Source of the DNA: Macrostomum lignano
Taxonomy: Eukaryota
Reading direction: 5' to 3'
Assembly (NCBI GenBank): GCA_002269645.1
Contig: NIVC01002622.1
Coordinates: 91,491-155,490, forward strand
DNA length: 64,000 nt
A program made the translations under genes and the position numbers. Shown one piece after another: positions 1 through 12,700 of the stretch (the stretch's first letter is position 1; each line of letters starts with the position of its first letter). The notes under the pieces were generated by a model. The model was not told the origin of the DNA and ran no database searches. It was given only the letters and a program-made list of their open reading frames with translations.

Positions 1-1551
1 TTAGTATTAAATCTTAGTATTTTCAATTTGGATATCTAAATTCAAGTAAACACAAAGCTCGGACCAATTTTATAAGCGCAAATGAAGTTCAAAAGGTGAA
101 GTTGCTATCAAATTTCCAGAAAAAAAACTGAAAAGTTTGAGTCTCACGATTGCATCCTGGAGCGAAATTATGACTTTAAGTAATATTTTTTATCAATTTC
201 TATTGAATAACTGACCTGCTTTTAACAGTCTTTAAAACAACGTTTCGTGTACCTCAATAATTTTGTGACAGTAGATTCACTACTTAATTCCGAATATATA
301 ATGTACAGCTTTGTTGGATATTTAGTTTTAAAATTTGCTTTCTAACACCGGATAAGCCCATTAGTTAAATTGAATATTTGGCAACAGCAACAATTGAACA
401 TTTATAACCTTTTTGATGTCGAATTTTTGTTAAAGCAACATTGTGGAATCTCAGTGTCTACTACACTCTTGTTCTTAATTTTTAAGAATTGATTTATCCT
501 TAATTTCGGAATTTAACGAATGAAACCTTTTGCAGTGCGCCTTTTACATTGTTGACGATGCTTTGCACTGGTTCTCTTTGCTTTTTGTTTTGGCAACAAA
601 CTGCTCAGATTTGCTTTTAATGTGAGTCCTTTGCACTACTCAGAAAGATTTTTGTTTTATTTTTTTCCACTTACTATGTACACATACTTTTTGAGGCCCC
701 CACAGTTAGAATTATTCCGAGATAAAGTGTAGAAATCTTCCCAATGCAGTGCACAGAAGTTTGTTAATAAGTCTGACAATATATTGTGAACTTTCATGGG
801 AAACCTGCTGTAGAATGACGCTACACACTCAAATTTCTTGGAAATGAGATGAGAGCCGGTAAGGAACCTACAGTATGGTCTGGAGTGCGCATTGCACAGA
901 TTAAGGTTTTGCCATAGACAAATTCATTTCTAAGAAAATCGAGTGAACCGTAGCGTCCTTGTACTTCAGGTGTCCATGGGCGACTTTTTGCAAATAATAG
1001 CTAATGAACTGAAACTGCATGCTGCTTTTACCATATCGGTAGAAGTTCTGACTTAATTGATTAACAAAATGTCGATAAGGGCCACAAGCCGTAGCCCTCA
1101 GTACAGCAAAGTGTGCATGCTTATCGCTCCCATGCTTCGACGACAGAAATAAAGAGCAATTATAATCTTTAGACTGGCTTTAAGGACTAGATTACAAGAG
1201 ATTGAATTCGATATGTTTACCTAGCTACACTGGGCCGCTTTACATGTAGATAGGCCATATCGAGTCAAGCAAATCTTGGCTGTTTCACTGCAGTGCAACT
1301 GGGGGCAGACGGAGTTCAAGATTTCTGTACGGTCATGCAGCTAACACACAACGTTAGTCACGGCCCCACCAGTGCAGCAATCGACACTGTATCTAATCGG
1401 GCCTGACTGACTCAGTTTTCCATAACAATCTGCGCACCTGCGAGTCACGCGCACCCGCCTCTATCGAAGCGTATTTATAAGCTCTGAAAGCCCCTGTGGA
1501 AGACGCGGTGACGTTGAAATTTACAAGCAACTCCAACTGTACGAAGCCAGC

Positions 1552-3339
1552 ATGGACGCCAGCACAGTTGCTAAGCAGGATCGGCGAGTTGAATTTGAAG
1601 AAGACGAACCCGAGCCTGGAGTCGGATTCTGCGGCGGAATCCTCATCTTCTTCTCAGTTATTCTGATCATTTGCAGTTTTCCTATTTCGATCTTTATGTG
1701 CATCAAGGTAAATTGCTGTCGAAATTGCTTGGCATGTATGCTTTACTAATGTTCTCTTTAGTAGTTTATTTTTAACAACTTCAGATTGTGGCGGAATACG
1801 AACGGGCGGTGATCTTCCGGTTGGGCCGTATCGTTTCCGGCAGACCAAAGGGCCCAGGCCTGTTCTTCATTATTCCCTGCGTGGACACAATGCGCAAGGT
1901 GGACCTGAGAACCATCATGTTTGACATCAGGCCTCAAGAGGTGACTACCAATTTCAAATTCAATTACTATCCAGGGTGATCTAGATCGAAACAAACAACC
2001 AACCAACCGACAAACCAGCCAACCAATCAACCAACCAACCATTACGACGTAACCAACCAACCAACCAACCAACCAACCAACCATTAACCAACCAACCAAC
2101 CAACCAACCAACCAACCAACCAACCAACCAACCAACCAACCAACCAACCAACAAACCAACCAACCAACCAACAAACTAATCAACCAACCAACCAACCAGC
2201 AAACCAACCAACCAACAAACCAACCAACTAACCAACAAACCAATCAACAAACCAACCAACCAACCAACCAACCATCAATCCGACCAGATTCTGACCAGAG
2301 ATTCTGTCACAGTGACGGTAGACGCTGTTGTGTACTACAGAATCTTCAGCCCCATCATGTCGGTGAAGAATGTGGCCGACGTGGACTCGTCGACTAGATT
2401 CCTGGCTCAGACAACGCTACGAAATGTTCTTGGAACAAAGAATTTGTCAGACATTCTCTCGGAGAGGGAGGCAGTCAGCCAAGCAATGCTGGTGAGCATT
2501 GTTGAATTCTCATACATCAAAACCGTATACTGTATAATACCTGTCACTAATGTTCACTGTTGTCACTAACAACGTAGGCACAACTGGACGAAGCCACTGA
2601 TCCTTGGGGAGTGAAGGTCGAACGAGTGGAAGTGTGAGTTGCATCAATTTATCTCGGATAGCAAGCTATTTTGCACTATTTTCTAATAAATTTCCTGCAA
2701 CAAACCACCTTGATTTTTACAGCAAGGATGTCAGGCTGCCAACCCAGATGCAGCGAGCCATGGCTGCTGAAGCTGAGGCGAATCGCGAGGCCAACGCTAA
2801 GGTGAGATTGCCAACTGGAAAAAATCTAAGAGGATTAAATAAAGCAATAAACTTCTCTCTAATGTAGTAGTAGATAGGTGAGGCAGTGCAATTATTTCTG
2901 CAGAATTGCTACAGGAAGATGATTGACCATTCGGTTGTTATGCAGTTGCTACACAGTTGTTATGCAGTTGCTATGCAGTTGCTTGCTACGCGGTTGCTAT
3001 GTAATTGCAGTGTTGCCTTTTGCAGAACTTTAGAGCTCGGGTAGAGCCGTTTAAGTTATACACCCGAGCTTAAGTTGAGTTAAAAATAGCTCTTCTTATC
3101 TGTTATTACTAACTTTTTCTCCTGTAAACTCCCAGGTAATCGCTGCCGAAGGCGAGAAAAAGGCCTCTCGTTCGCTCAAAGAGGCCTCCGACATCATGGC
3201 GGAATCGCCAGCCGCTCTGCAGCTGCGCTACCTGCAGACTCTGAACACGATATCAGCGGAGAAGAATTCCACAGTGATCTTCCCGCTGCCAATGGAAATC
3301 ATGTCGTTCTTTGTGGACAACAAGAAGACGAAGATGTAG
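1552..3339 (+). CDS. STOM: Stomatin / band-7 (SPFH) protein; exons 1552-1707, 1785-1940, 2288-2491, 2578-2633, 2723-2801, 3136-3339
   Basis: GT-AG joins keep frame; motifs [78 protein letters not shown]. Confidence 0.95.
1991..2274. repeat. (AACC)n microsatellite in stomatin intron 2
   Basis: Direct tetranucleotide run; explains the spurious WLVG ORFs. Confidence 0.97.
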
Positions 3340-3973
3340 TGGAGAATGAATAGACAAACAACTCTACGCTTATGCATTAGTTTTACATCGGGATAATCTG
3401 ATTTATCGCCTACTAAAACAAGTTTTTTTGACAGAAATATTGTAGCATCTCAAATCAGAAGCAAGCAAAGTTTTTATTCAGAATTTTAGCTGCATGTATA
3501 CTCGCTAATCTTATACCTTATTAGATTTTATATTTTTCTATCGCTGTTCCATTAAGCACTGTTCGTTCACTAATTGGTTGTGTCTGTATTCACGGCATGG
3601 AGTGAAGAGTGAAGACAGTCTGAACTTGGCTTTGAAATGTTTCGCATTGCTCTCCTGATTCGTGCAAATGATTGGGAATTTATGAACAATTTACGACGTA
3701 TTAGTAGATTATGTAACCTTCATGTCAATACGATTATTATTGCTGTCACAGACAACGGCAGCAAATTAAATTTTTGGATGTATGTCACTTAAAAGACTTC
3801 AAATTTCTATCTAACGTATATTTACCGCATTTCATACGGCAGTATTGGTGAAACAAATATTTTTTGAAACGCGATAGCTGAAAAATCATGCCTACACAAC
3901 TTACTTACAATAAGGAAGAAAAATCTTTAGTAAGTAATTGTATGTGGAATGTTACACTAATTGCTAAATTTTC

Positions 3974-4460
3974 AGGTGGCACTCTCTGACTTACAGGTGA
4001 CATTCACTGATTTACAGGTGACACTCACTGATTTACAGGTGACACTCACTGACCTAAAGTTGACACTCACTGACTTACAGGTGACACTCACTGACCTACA
4101 GGTGACACTCACTGACTTACAGGTGACACTCACTGATTTACAGTTGACACTCACTGACTTACAGGTGACACTCACTGATTTACAGTTGACACTCACTGAT
4201 TTACAGGTGAGACTCACTGACTTACAGGTGACACTCACTGATTTACAGGTGAGACTCACTGACTTACAGGTGACACTCACTGACTTACAGGTGACACTCA
4301 CTGATTTACAGGTGACACTCACTGACTTACAGGTGACACTCACTGATTTACAGTTGACACTCACTGATTTACAGGTGAGACTCACTGACTTACAGGTGAG
4401 ACTCACTGATTTACAGCTGACACTCACTGACTTACAGGTGACACTCACTGATTTACAGTT
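3974..4460. repeat. 21-bp minisatellite (TTACAGGTGACACTCACTGAT)
   Basis: Over 20 tandem units; same unit as 4997-5940 and 7530-7955. Confidence 0.97.
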
Positions 4461-4722
4461 GAAACTGTGCCACTTATATGACTAGGCATACGGCCTTCGT
4501 ATCCTTACTAGCTTCGTATATGTTTTGGTGCAATATAAAGCGCAGTTTGCGTAATTTTGGGGCTAAATTGGAATCTCTGTTCTTGCCATTAACGGCCTTG
4601 AGTGCCAACCCCCAAGGCACAGTGAAGTGTACATGCCTAACGATTAATCAAGTTAGGGCCGCTGTACACTCCTGTGTGAGTGTTTGCCTGTGCGTATGAC
4701 TGCGTACGTATCCGCGCGCTTG
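4455..4722 (+). mobile_element. SINE-like dispersed repeat copy; LTR-free equivalent of 8570-8816 + 13170-13193
   Basis: Shares TGTGCCACTTATATGACTAGGCATACGG...GTGTACATGCCTAA...GCGTATGACTGCGTACGTATCCGCGCGCTTG with the copy hit by the Gypsy element; single CGTAT. Confidence 0.8.
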
Positions 4723-4996
4723 CGAACTGCCACCGTTGTTGCCTCCTGCCACCACGCCGAAGTCGCTCCAGCCGAGCGACAGACCGTAGTAGCCGAAGCT
4801 GACCATGGCGAACACCGACCAGACGGCGAAGGCGACCGAGCGAATAACTTGGCGAGACAGCAGGTGGGCGAGTGGAGCGGTGGCCGCTACGGGCTTCTGG
4901 CAAGAGTGCTGGGTGGCTAACTGGGCCGGTGTGTTCCTAATGGGTGAAGATTGGGATGGATTTTAATGGGAGTTGAGCTTCCGGTTTGCAGGCAAC
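4723..4996 (-). pseudogene. Duplicated fragment of SLC22 exon 4 (5' part with acceptor) plus intron-3 end
   Basis: Apparently identical to about 7255-7528, then continues into the same 21-bp minisatellite; truncated at the SINE-like copy. Confidence 0.9.
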
Positions 4997-5940
4997 TTTC
5001 GCTGATGCACAGGTTACACTCACTGATACACAGGTGACACTCACTGATGCACAGGTTACACTCACTGATGCACAGGTGACACTCACTGATGCACAGGTGA
5101 CACTCACTGATGCACAGGTGACACTCACTGATGCACAGGTGACACTCACTGATACACAGGTGACACTCACTGATGCACAGGTGACACTCACTGATGCACA
5201 GGTGACACTCACTGATGCACAGGTGACACTCACTGATTTACAGGTGACACTAACTGATTTACAGGTGACACTCACTGATTTACAGGTGACACTCACTGGT
5301 TTACAGGTGACACTCACTAATTTACAGCTGACACACTGATTTACAGCTGACACTCACTGATTTACAGGTGACACTCACTAATTTACAGCTGACACACTAA
5401 TTTACAGCTGACACACTGATTTACAGCTGACACACTGATTTACAGCTGACACTCACTGATTTACAGGTGAAACTCACTGACTTACAGGTGAAATTCACTG
5501 GTTTACAGGTGAGACTCACTGATTTACAGGTGACACTCACTGATTTACAGGTGAGACTCACTGATTTACAGGTGACACTCACTGACTTACAGGTGACACT
5601 CACTGATTTACAGCTGACACACTGATTTACAGCTGACACACTGATTTACAGCTGACACACTGATTTACAGGTGACACACTGATTTACAGGTGACACTCAC
5701 TGATTTACAGGTGAGACTCACTGATTTACAGGTGACACTCACTGATTTACAGGTGACACTCACTGATTTACAGGTGACACTCACTGATTTACAGGTGACA
5801 CTCACTGGTTTACAGGTGACACTCACTGATTTACAGGTGACACTCACTGATTTACAGGTGAGACTCACTGATTTACAGGTGACACTCACTGATTTACAGG
5901 TGACACTCACTGATTTACAGGTGACACTCACTGGTTTACT
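4997..5940. repeat. 21-bp minisatellite with GCAC/TTAC variants and some 19-bp units
   Basis: Tandem units; first part copies 7530-7900. Confidence 0.97.
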
Positions 5941-6401
5941 CGTGAAACTACTTTCTAGCAAAGAAATCTAAATCATCCCATAGGCCCAAATGAGGTTATG
6001 TTAGGCCACATCAGATATGTGTTCTCTTAGACTATCACGTGAGGTTCTCCAAAAATTCCAACCTTAACAACTAAATGTATTTATTATTAATAGTCGATAT
6101 TCAGCATTAGTGTTACAAAGCAAAATATGGAACATCAAAGCATTGCTTGATGGTAAATAACTAAAGAATTGGCGTGCAACAAAAATGTAAAAAAAATTAA
6201 CAGCTTTTAGTGGCCACCCAGGATTGCGAGTGGCACAACGCTTGATTTGGTGAACTCGAACTTCTTAGTGCAGAATCGGCCTAGTTTTCAATATTTCAAG
6301 TTCAGAGACCCATACTTCTCACATCCGGCTTCAAAAGTAAAAATGAAAAGAGACATCGATTCCACTTTAAGTAATTAGTACACAGAATGATCTTGATTAA
6401 A

Positions 6402-6660
6402 ACCAATCAAACAACCAACCAAAAAATCAACCAACCAACCGAATAACCAAATAACCAACCAACCAACCAACCAACCAAACCAATCAACCAACCAACCAAC
6501 CAACCAAACCAATCAACCAACCAACCAACCAACCAACCAACCAACCAACCAACCAACCAACCAACCAACCAACCAACCAACCAACCAACCAACCAACCAA
6601 CCAACCAACCAACCAACCAACCAACCAACCAACCAACCAACCAACCAACCAACCAACCAA
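6402..6660. repeat. (AACC)n microsatellite just past the SLC22 stop codon
   Basis: Direct run. Confidence 0.97.
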
Positions 6661-6720
6661 ACTATCTCTATCGTTAGTCTTAATTAAAAAGTCTTCGTTT
6701 TCTCCGTCAGCATTGCAGCA

Positions 6721-9700
6721 TCACCGACAAACGCCGCAGTCTCTGATACAGCCTCGACCTCGTCCTTCCAACATCTGCTTCTCCGCCTCGTCCAGCGTGT
6801 CAGGGGCCGGACAATTTCGAGTTTCTGGCAGCACAGCCGCCGACAGAAGACATCCGATCAGGCTAACAACGCCGCATGTGACGAGAGGCAGTTGCGGCCA
6901 AAGCTTGCTCAGCAGGGTGAGCTCCGGAGCCAGAACCCCGCCAACTCTGGCCGCCGTGGAGCCGACTCCGACGGCGGAGTTCCTCGCCGGAGTGGGGAAC
7001 ACCTCGCTAGCGTAGAGCCAAATCAGTTCAAACGCCAGCAAGAGGCCGAACCGACCGGTCAGGGCGAGGGCGATCGCCGCTTCCACAGGAAGCAGCTGGT
7101 TGTGACGCAGAGCAGCTGTAAGAAGGAGGGCCGCGCCGCCCACACCCATCGAACCGGCTAGAAGGCGAACCCGGCCAAGGCGAAGGCCGCAAACGGTGCC
7201 CAGGACTCGAGCGGCCACTTCAGCGCAACCGCCAAGCGCCATGGCAACGAACGGCGAACTGCCACCGTTGTTGCCTCCTGCCACCACGCCGAAGTCGCTC
7301 CAGCCGAGCGACAGACCGTAGTAGCCGAAGCTGACCATGGCGAACACCGACCAGACGGCGAAGGCGACCGAGCGAATAACTTGGCGAGACAGCAGGTGGG
7401 CGAGTGGAGCGGTGGCCGCTACGGGCTTCTGGCAAGAGTGCTGGGTGGCTAACTGGGCCGGTGTGTTCCTAATGGGTGAAGATTGGGATGGATTTTAATG
7501 GGAGTTGAGCTTCCGGTTTGCAGGCAACTTTCGCTGATGCACAGGTTACACTCACTGATACACAGGTGACACTCACTGATGCACAGGTTACACTCACTGA
7601 TGCACAGGTGACACTCACTGATGCACAGGTGACACTCACTGATGCACAGGTGACACTCACTGATGCACAGGTGACACTCACTGATGCACAGGTGACACTC
7701 ACTGATGCACAGGTGACACTCACTGATGCACAGGTGACACTCACTGATGCACAGGTGACACTCACTGATGCACAGGTGACACTCACTGATTTACAGGTGA
7801 CACTCACTGATTTACAGGTGACACTCACTGATTTACAGGTGACACTAACTGATTTACAGGTGACACTCACTGATTTACAGGTGACACTCACTGACTTACA
7901 GGTGACACACTGATTTACAGGTGACACTCACTGACTTACAGGTGACACTCACTGATTCCCGGTTGGCCCTCTTTGTCCTATTATTGATGGCTTCTTTTTG
8001 CCTCTATCTTACAGGTGAAGATTCTCACTAGTACAGTATGGGACAACTACTAGTAACTGTTGATGTCCACATGTAGCAGGCGTTGTCAGACATCTGTGCC
8101 CAGAAAATAACTAATTAAACGTATCAAAGCTCTGTCTAAAGTATCCTTACTTGTCTCGCAGCTGGTGCGGATGCAGACTCTGCAAGCTCTGCAGACCGTT
8201 CTCCTGCAAAACTGACAAGTTCTTGCTATCTCGACGGGTTTCGCTGGTGCAGTCCGTGTCTTCTCCTTCCGATGACTGCTGACCTGACGGCTTTCGTGGT
8301 TTTCTTGTGTGTTGCTGGTGTTGCAATTGTTGATGCTGTTGTTGTTGTTGTTGTTTTATCCTCTGATGCGAGTCACGAATGTACAGATGCATCGCATTTC
8401 GACGCTCGCGATCAGCCAGCAGACTGTCCAGGCGGTTCGTTCTTCCGTTTACGGCCGCCATTTTATGCAGCGCTGCTGTTGCGTCGCAGGCTCGACCGAC
8501 CTGCGGTGCGATGGGCGGTGAATTGAGAGGCGGGGACTTAACGACCTAGTTTTTGGACCTAAGTTGGTCTTGAAAGTGTGCCACTTATATGACTAGGCAT
8601 ACGGCCTTCGTATCCTTACGACCTTCGTAATGTATAAAGCGCAGGTTTGCTCTTACGCATGACCGTAATTTTGGGACTACGAGTAACATGGAGTCTCTGC
8701 TCGTGCAATTAACGGCCTTGAGGGCCAACCCACCAAGGCGCAGTGAAGTGTACATGCCTAAGGATTAATCAAGTTAGGGCCGCTGTACACTCCTGTGAGT
8801 GTGTGCCTGTGCGTATTGCTGCGGGCTGGCTTCTGCCCGAGCAGATTGAACTTTAATTTGTAATTGCCATAGACAAGTTTATTTGCCTGTACTGCGATTA
8901 GTTGGCGCAAGTGTCAAAGAGCCTTCGTGACAAAAAATAGAAATACATAAGTATTCAAGAAGACTCTGATAAGAGCAACGGCTGCAAGAGCCGAGAGTGC
9001 ACGGCACACAACTTGCGTAAATATAACGCAATACAAAAGACAGACTTGTAACAGTGGCGTCGCAAGCAGGATGAAGAGCGGTGTGAAACAACCGTCGGCT
9101 ACTGACAAGTCTCCTGCTTCGCCGCTCAAACACGCCAAAATGGTGGTGATGGCGGATGCTGAAGCACAAAGTCAGCCAATAAAAGGCTCGGATGGACCAG
9201 CGCGTGCGGTAGCTGGAGCTATGGAAATCGAGCGCCTGGAGTTAGGAAACAACTACTCCCGGTGGCTGGACAGATTTACAATCGTCGCGAAGTTCTACAG
9301 ATGGGACTCGACGGCGAAGGCTCAGATGCTTCTGATGCGTCTCCCGACAGCATTGTACGACACGCTCGCAGATCAAGCTTCTCCGAAGAAACCAAGTGAG
9401 TTGTCTTACTCGGAGATAGAAACAGCTCTGACAAGCATCCTGGTCCCAGCTACGTTTGTTCTGGCGGAAAGATACTCTTTCCAGCTGTGCTCTCGAAAGT
9501 CAGGGGAAAGCGTTCGCACATATGCGGAGCGAGTCCTCAAGGCTGCGGAGAAGTGCGAATTTATAAACAAGGACGAGCGTCTGAGAGACCAATTTATTTG
9601 CGGACTGGCTGACCAAAACGTCATCGGCAAGCTGCTGGTCAAGGACCATCTGAGGCTCAGCTTCAAGGAGGCAGTTGCTGAGGCTGAAGCACATTCAGCA

Positions 9701-12700
9701 TTAGTCTCAACGGACATCATGAAGAGTGCCCCGAAATCTGAAAATTCTGGGATAATGAGCATTGGAATGTTAAAATCGTCATCAAAACCGCGGATCAAGG
9801 GAGTGAATCGACAACAGTCACAGACTCAAAGCTCATCAAAATGCTCGCGCTGTGGAACAAGCCACGGAAAAGACGCGTGTCCAGCTTATGGAAAGACATG
9901 TCGTAAGTGTGGGAAGCAGAACCATTTTCAGAAAATGTGCCGCTCAAAGTTTGTTGTCCCGAACCAGAAAAACACAGCTGCAGTTCAGCACTTAGACGAG
10001 CACTCGCAGTCAGATCATGTCTTCATGGTTGGTGCAACTTCAAGGCAACCTTTGTCTACGGATGCAGTCGCAGTGACCCTTGACTTCATATCATCAAGTG
10101 ATAAGGTATCAATTCCGTGCCAGGTGGATACTGGGGCAGCAGTTTCAGTTATGTCTGACCGGGTCTGGAAGCAAATCGGCACCCCTGAACTGCAGCCTAG
10201 CAGCATCACTTTGACAGGATATACCGACGCGCATCAATTCAAAATGTTGGGCCATTTCATCAGCAAAGTGAGTTACCAAGGAAAAGTGCACCGAATACCA
10301 TTCAAAGTGGTTCGTTCTGATCGATCGTTTGCTCTACTCGGCAGGGACATTTTGACCATAGAAATAGATTTCAGCAAGGCTGATGGAAGCGAAGCGACTA
10401 GAGTATTCAGAGCGAGACTAGAATTGATTCCGGATGCTCAGCCAAAGTACATCAAGGCACGGTCGATCCCTTTTGCCTATAAAGATCGATTGAAAGATGA
10501 GATTGACAAGTTGCTAGCTGAGGGAATCATTGAGCCAGTGACTTTTTCTCAATGGGCCTCACCAATTGTCATCGTTCCTAAGGCTGATGGTAGGCTGAGA
10601 CTCTGTGTGGACTACAAGCAAACATTGAATCCACAGCTCATGAAGGACAGTCATCCAACACCGACCCCGGAAGAAGCTTTCAGTACAGTAGCAGGATGCC
10701 GAATGTACACCATCTTGGACTTAAAAGCAGCGTACAACCAGGTGGAATTGGAGGAGGACTCAAAGCCTCTCACGGTCATGTCTACACCTTTCGGCAACTA
10801 CCAGTACAACCGTCTGGTGTTTGGGATACGGACTGCTCCGAGTATTTTCCAGCGCTACATCAGTCAGGTCATACAGGATGTTGATGGTGCAATTGCCTAC
10901 GTCGATGACATTTTAATTGGTGGTGAGTCAGAGAAGCAGCTTAAGGATCGTGAGAGTCAAGTGCGAGAGCGTCTGGAACAACATGGCCTCAAGGTCAACG
11001 AAGAGAAATGCCAGATTTGTCAGTCTCGGGTTCGCTTTCTCGGGTTTATCCTGGACAATGGCATGATCCTGCCCGACCCGGAGAAAGTGAGAGCCCTGCA
11101 AGAAATGGAGACTCCCAAGACGATGGCAGAACTAGAATCGCTCATCGGACTCGTCAGGTTCAGTGGCTGGTTTGTGCCCAATCTGTCGCACTACCTGGAG
11201 CCGTTGACTCGATTAATGCGCGGCAGAAGAGAATTCCAATGGGATTCTGAGCAAGATGAAGCTTTTCAGCGTATCAAGTCCATGCTGACAGAAGATTCAG
11301 CTCTGGCTAATTACGACCCCAAGAAACCTGTGGCTCTGGAGTGTGATGCTTCCCAAAAAGGACTGGGCGGAGTTCTGATTCAAGACAACAGACCGGTTTT
11401 GTACATCAGCAAAAGGTTATCAGAAGCCGAGAAGAAGTATTCTCAGATCGAAAGGGAGGCCCTTGCAATTGTCTGGTCAACTCAGAGGTGTCAGCGGTTC
11501 TTAGCGGGACGTCATTTCAAGCTGATCACGGATCACAGACCATTAACCTACATCTTTGGGCCGAACGAGGGCTTGCCTACGCGCGTATCAGCACGCCTTC
11601 AAAGATGGGCCATATCGCTAATGGCTTTTGACTACACCATCGAGTATCAACGGTCGCAGCTTATGAAATCAGACGCTCTGTCCCGGTTGCTTAACAACGA
11701 GACGGCTCGGACGTATACAATCGGGAGCATCCAACTACCCTCAACGATCATATCCATTCAAGAGGTTAGAGACCAATCACAGGATTGCCCAGAGATCGTT
11801 CTGTTAAAAAAAGCCATCCGGACGAGCAACTTTAACGACCCGAGAATCCGCCCCTACAAGGCAGTCGCGGACGAACTGACGATCGAGTCGGACGTGGTAC
11901 TCCGGGAGATGCGAGTCATTCTTCCAAAGACGTTGCGGTTATCGGCAGTCCAAACGGCACACAGCACACATCTAGGCATTGGCCGAACCAAGTCACTGTT
12001 AAGAGCACAATTTTGGTGGCCCGGCTTGGATCGAGATGTAAAACAACTCATCGGAAATTGCAAGACGTGCAAAATGGTCAAGGCTAGCAATCGAAACTAC
12101 CTAAAATCTTGGCCGACAGCAATGGACGCTGGAGAGCGCGTACATGCGGATTTTGCGGGTCCAATAGATGGCCAATATTTGTTGGTGCTGGTGGACGCCA
12201 TGTCGAACTACCCTGAGGTGCATCTGACCGCCAACATGGAGTCATCTACAGTCATCTCTAGGCTACGGAGAACTTTTTCGCAGTGGGGTGTGCCAAGGAC
12301 ACTTGTCACCGACAACGGCCCAAGCTTCGTCTCAGCTGAAACAACACAGTGGCTGAAAGCAATCGGGTGCAGCCATGTGACCACACCTCCATATCACCCT
12401 CAGAGCAACGGACTCGCAGAGAGATTTGTCCGCACAATGAAAGAATCTGTGTCAGCGTTGGGTCTGAGTCAACACAACATTGACAAGTTCCTACTGTTCT
12501 ACCGATCATCCAAAGGAAACGATGGTCGCACACCGTCGGATAAGTTTCTAGGTCGAAACATCCGGACTCCTTTGATGACAGAGTTTTCTGGAGATGACAA
12601 TGTGGTGTACAGGACACAAGGAGCTACGTCACTAGCCAGAATCGTCCTGCCTACAGGCCGCAACACGGCAATCATCAAGCTTGAGAACGGCTTGTACAAG

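Noticed and set aside
3961-7927. TLTDLQV / SVSVTCK / WLVG ORFs
   Set aside because: Artefacts of the 21-bp and AACC repeats.
8879-9169. Duplicated minus-strand ORFs here and at 12990-13283
   Set aside because: Antisense readings of the two identical LTRs.
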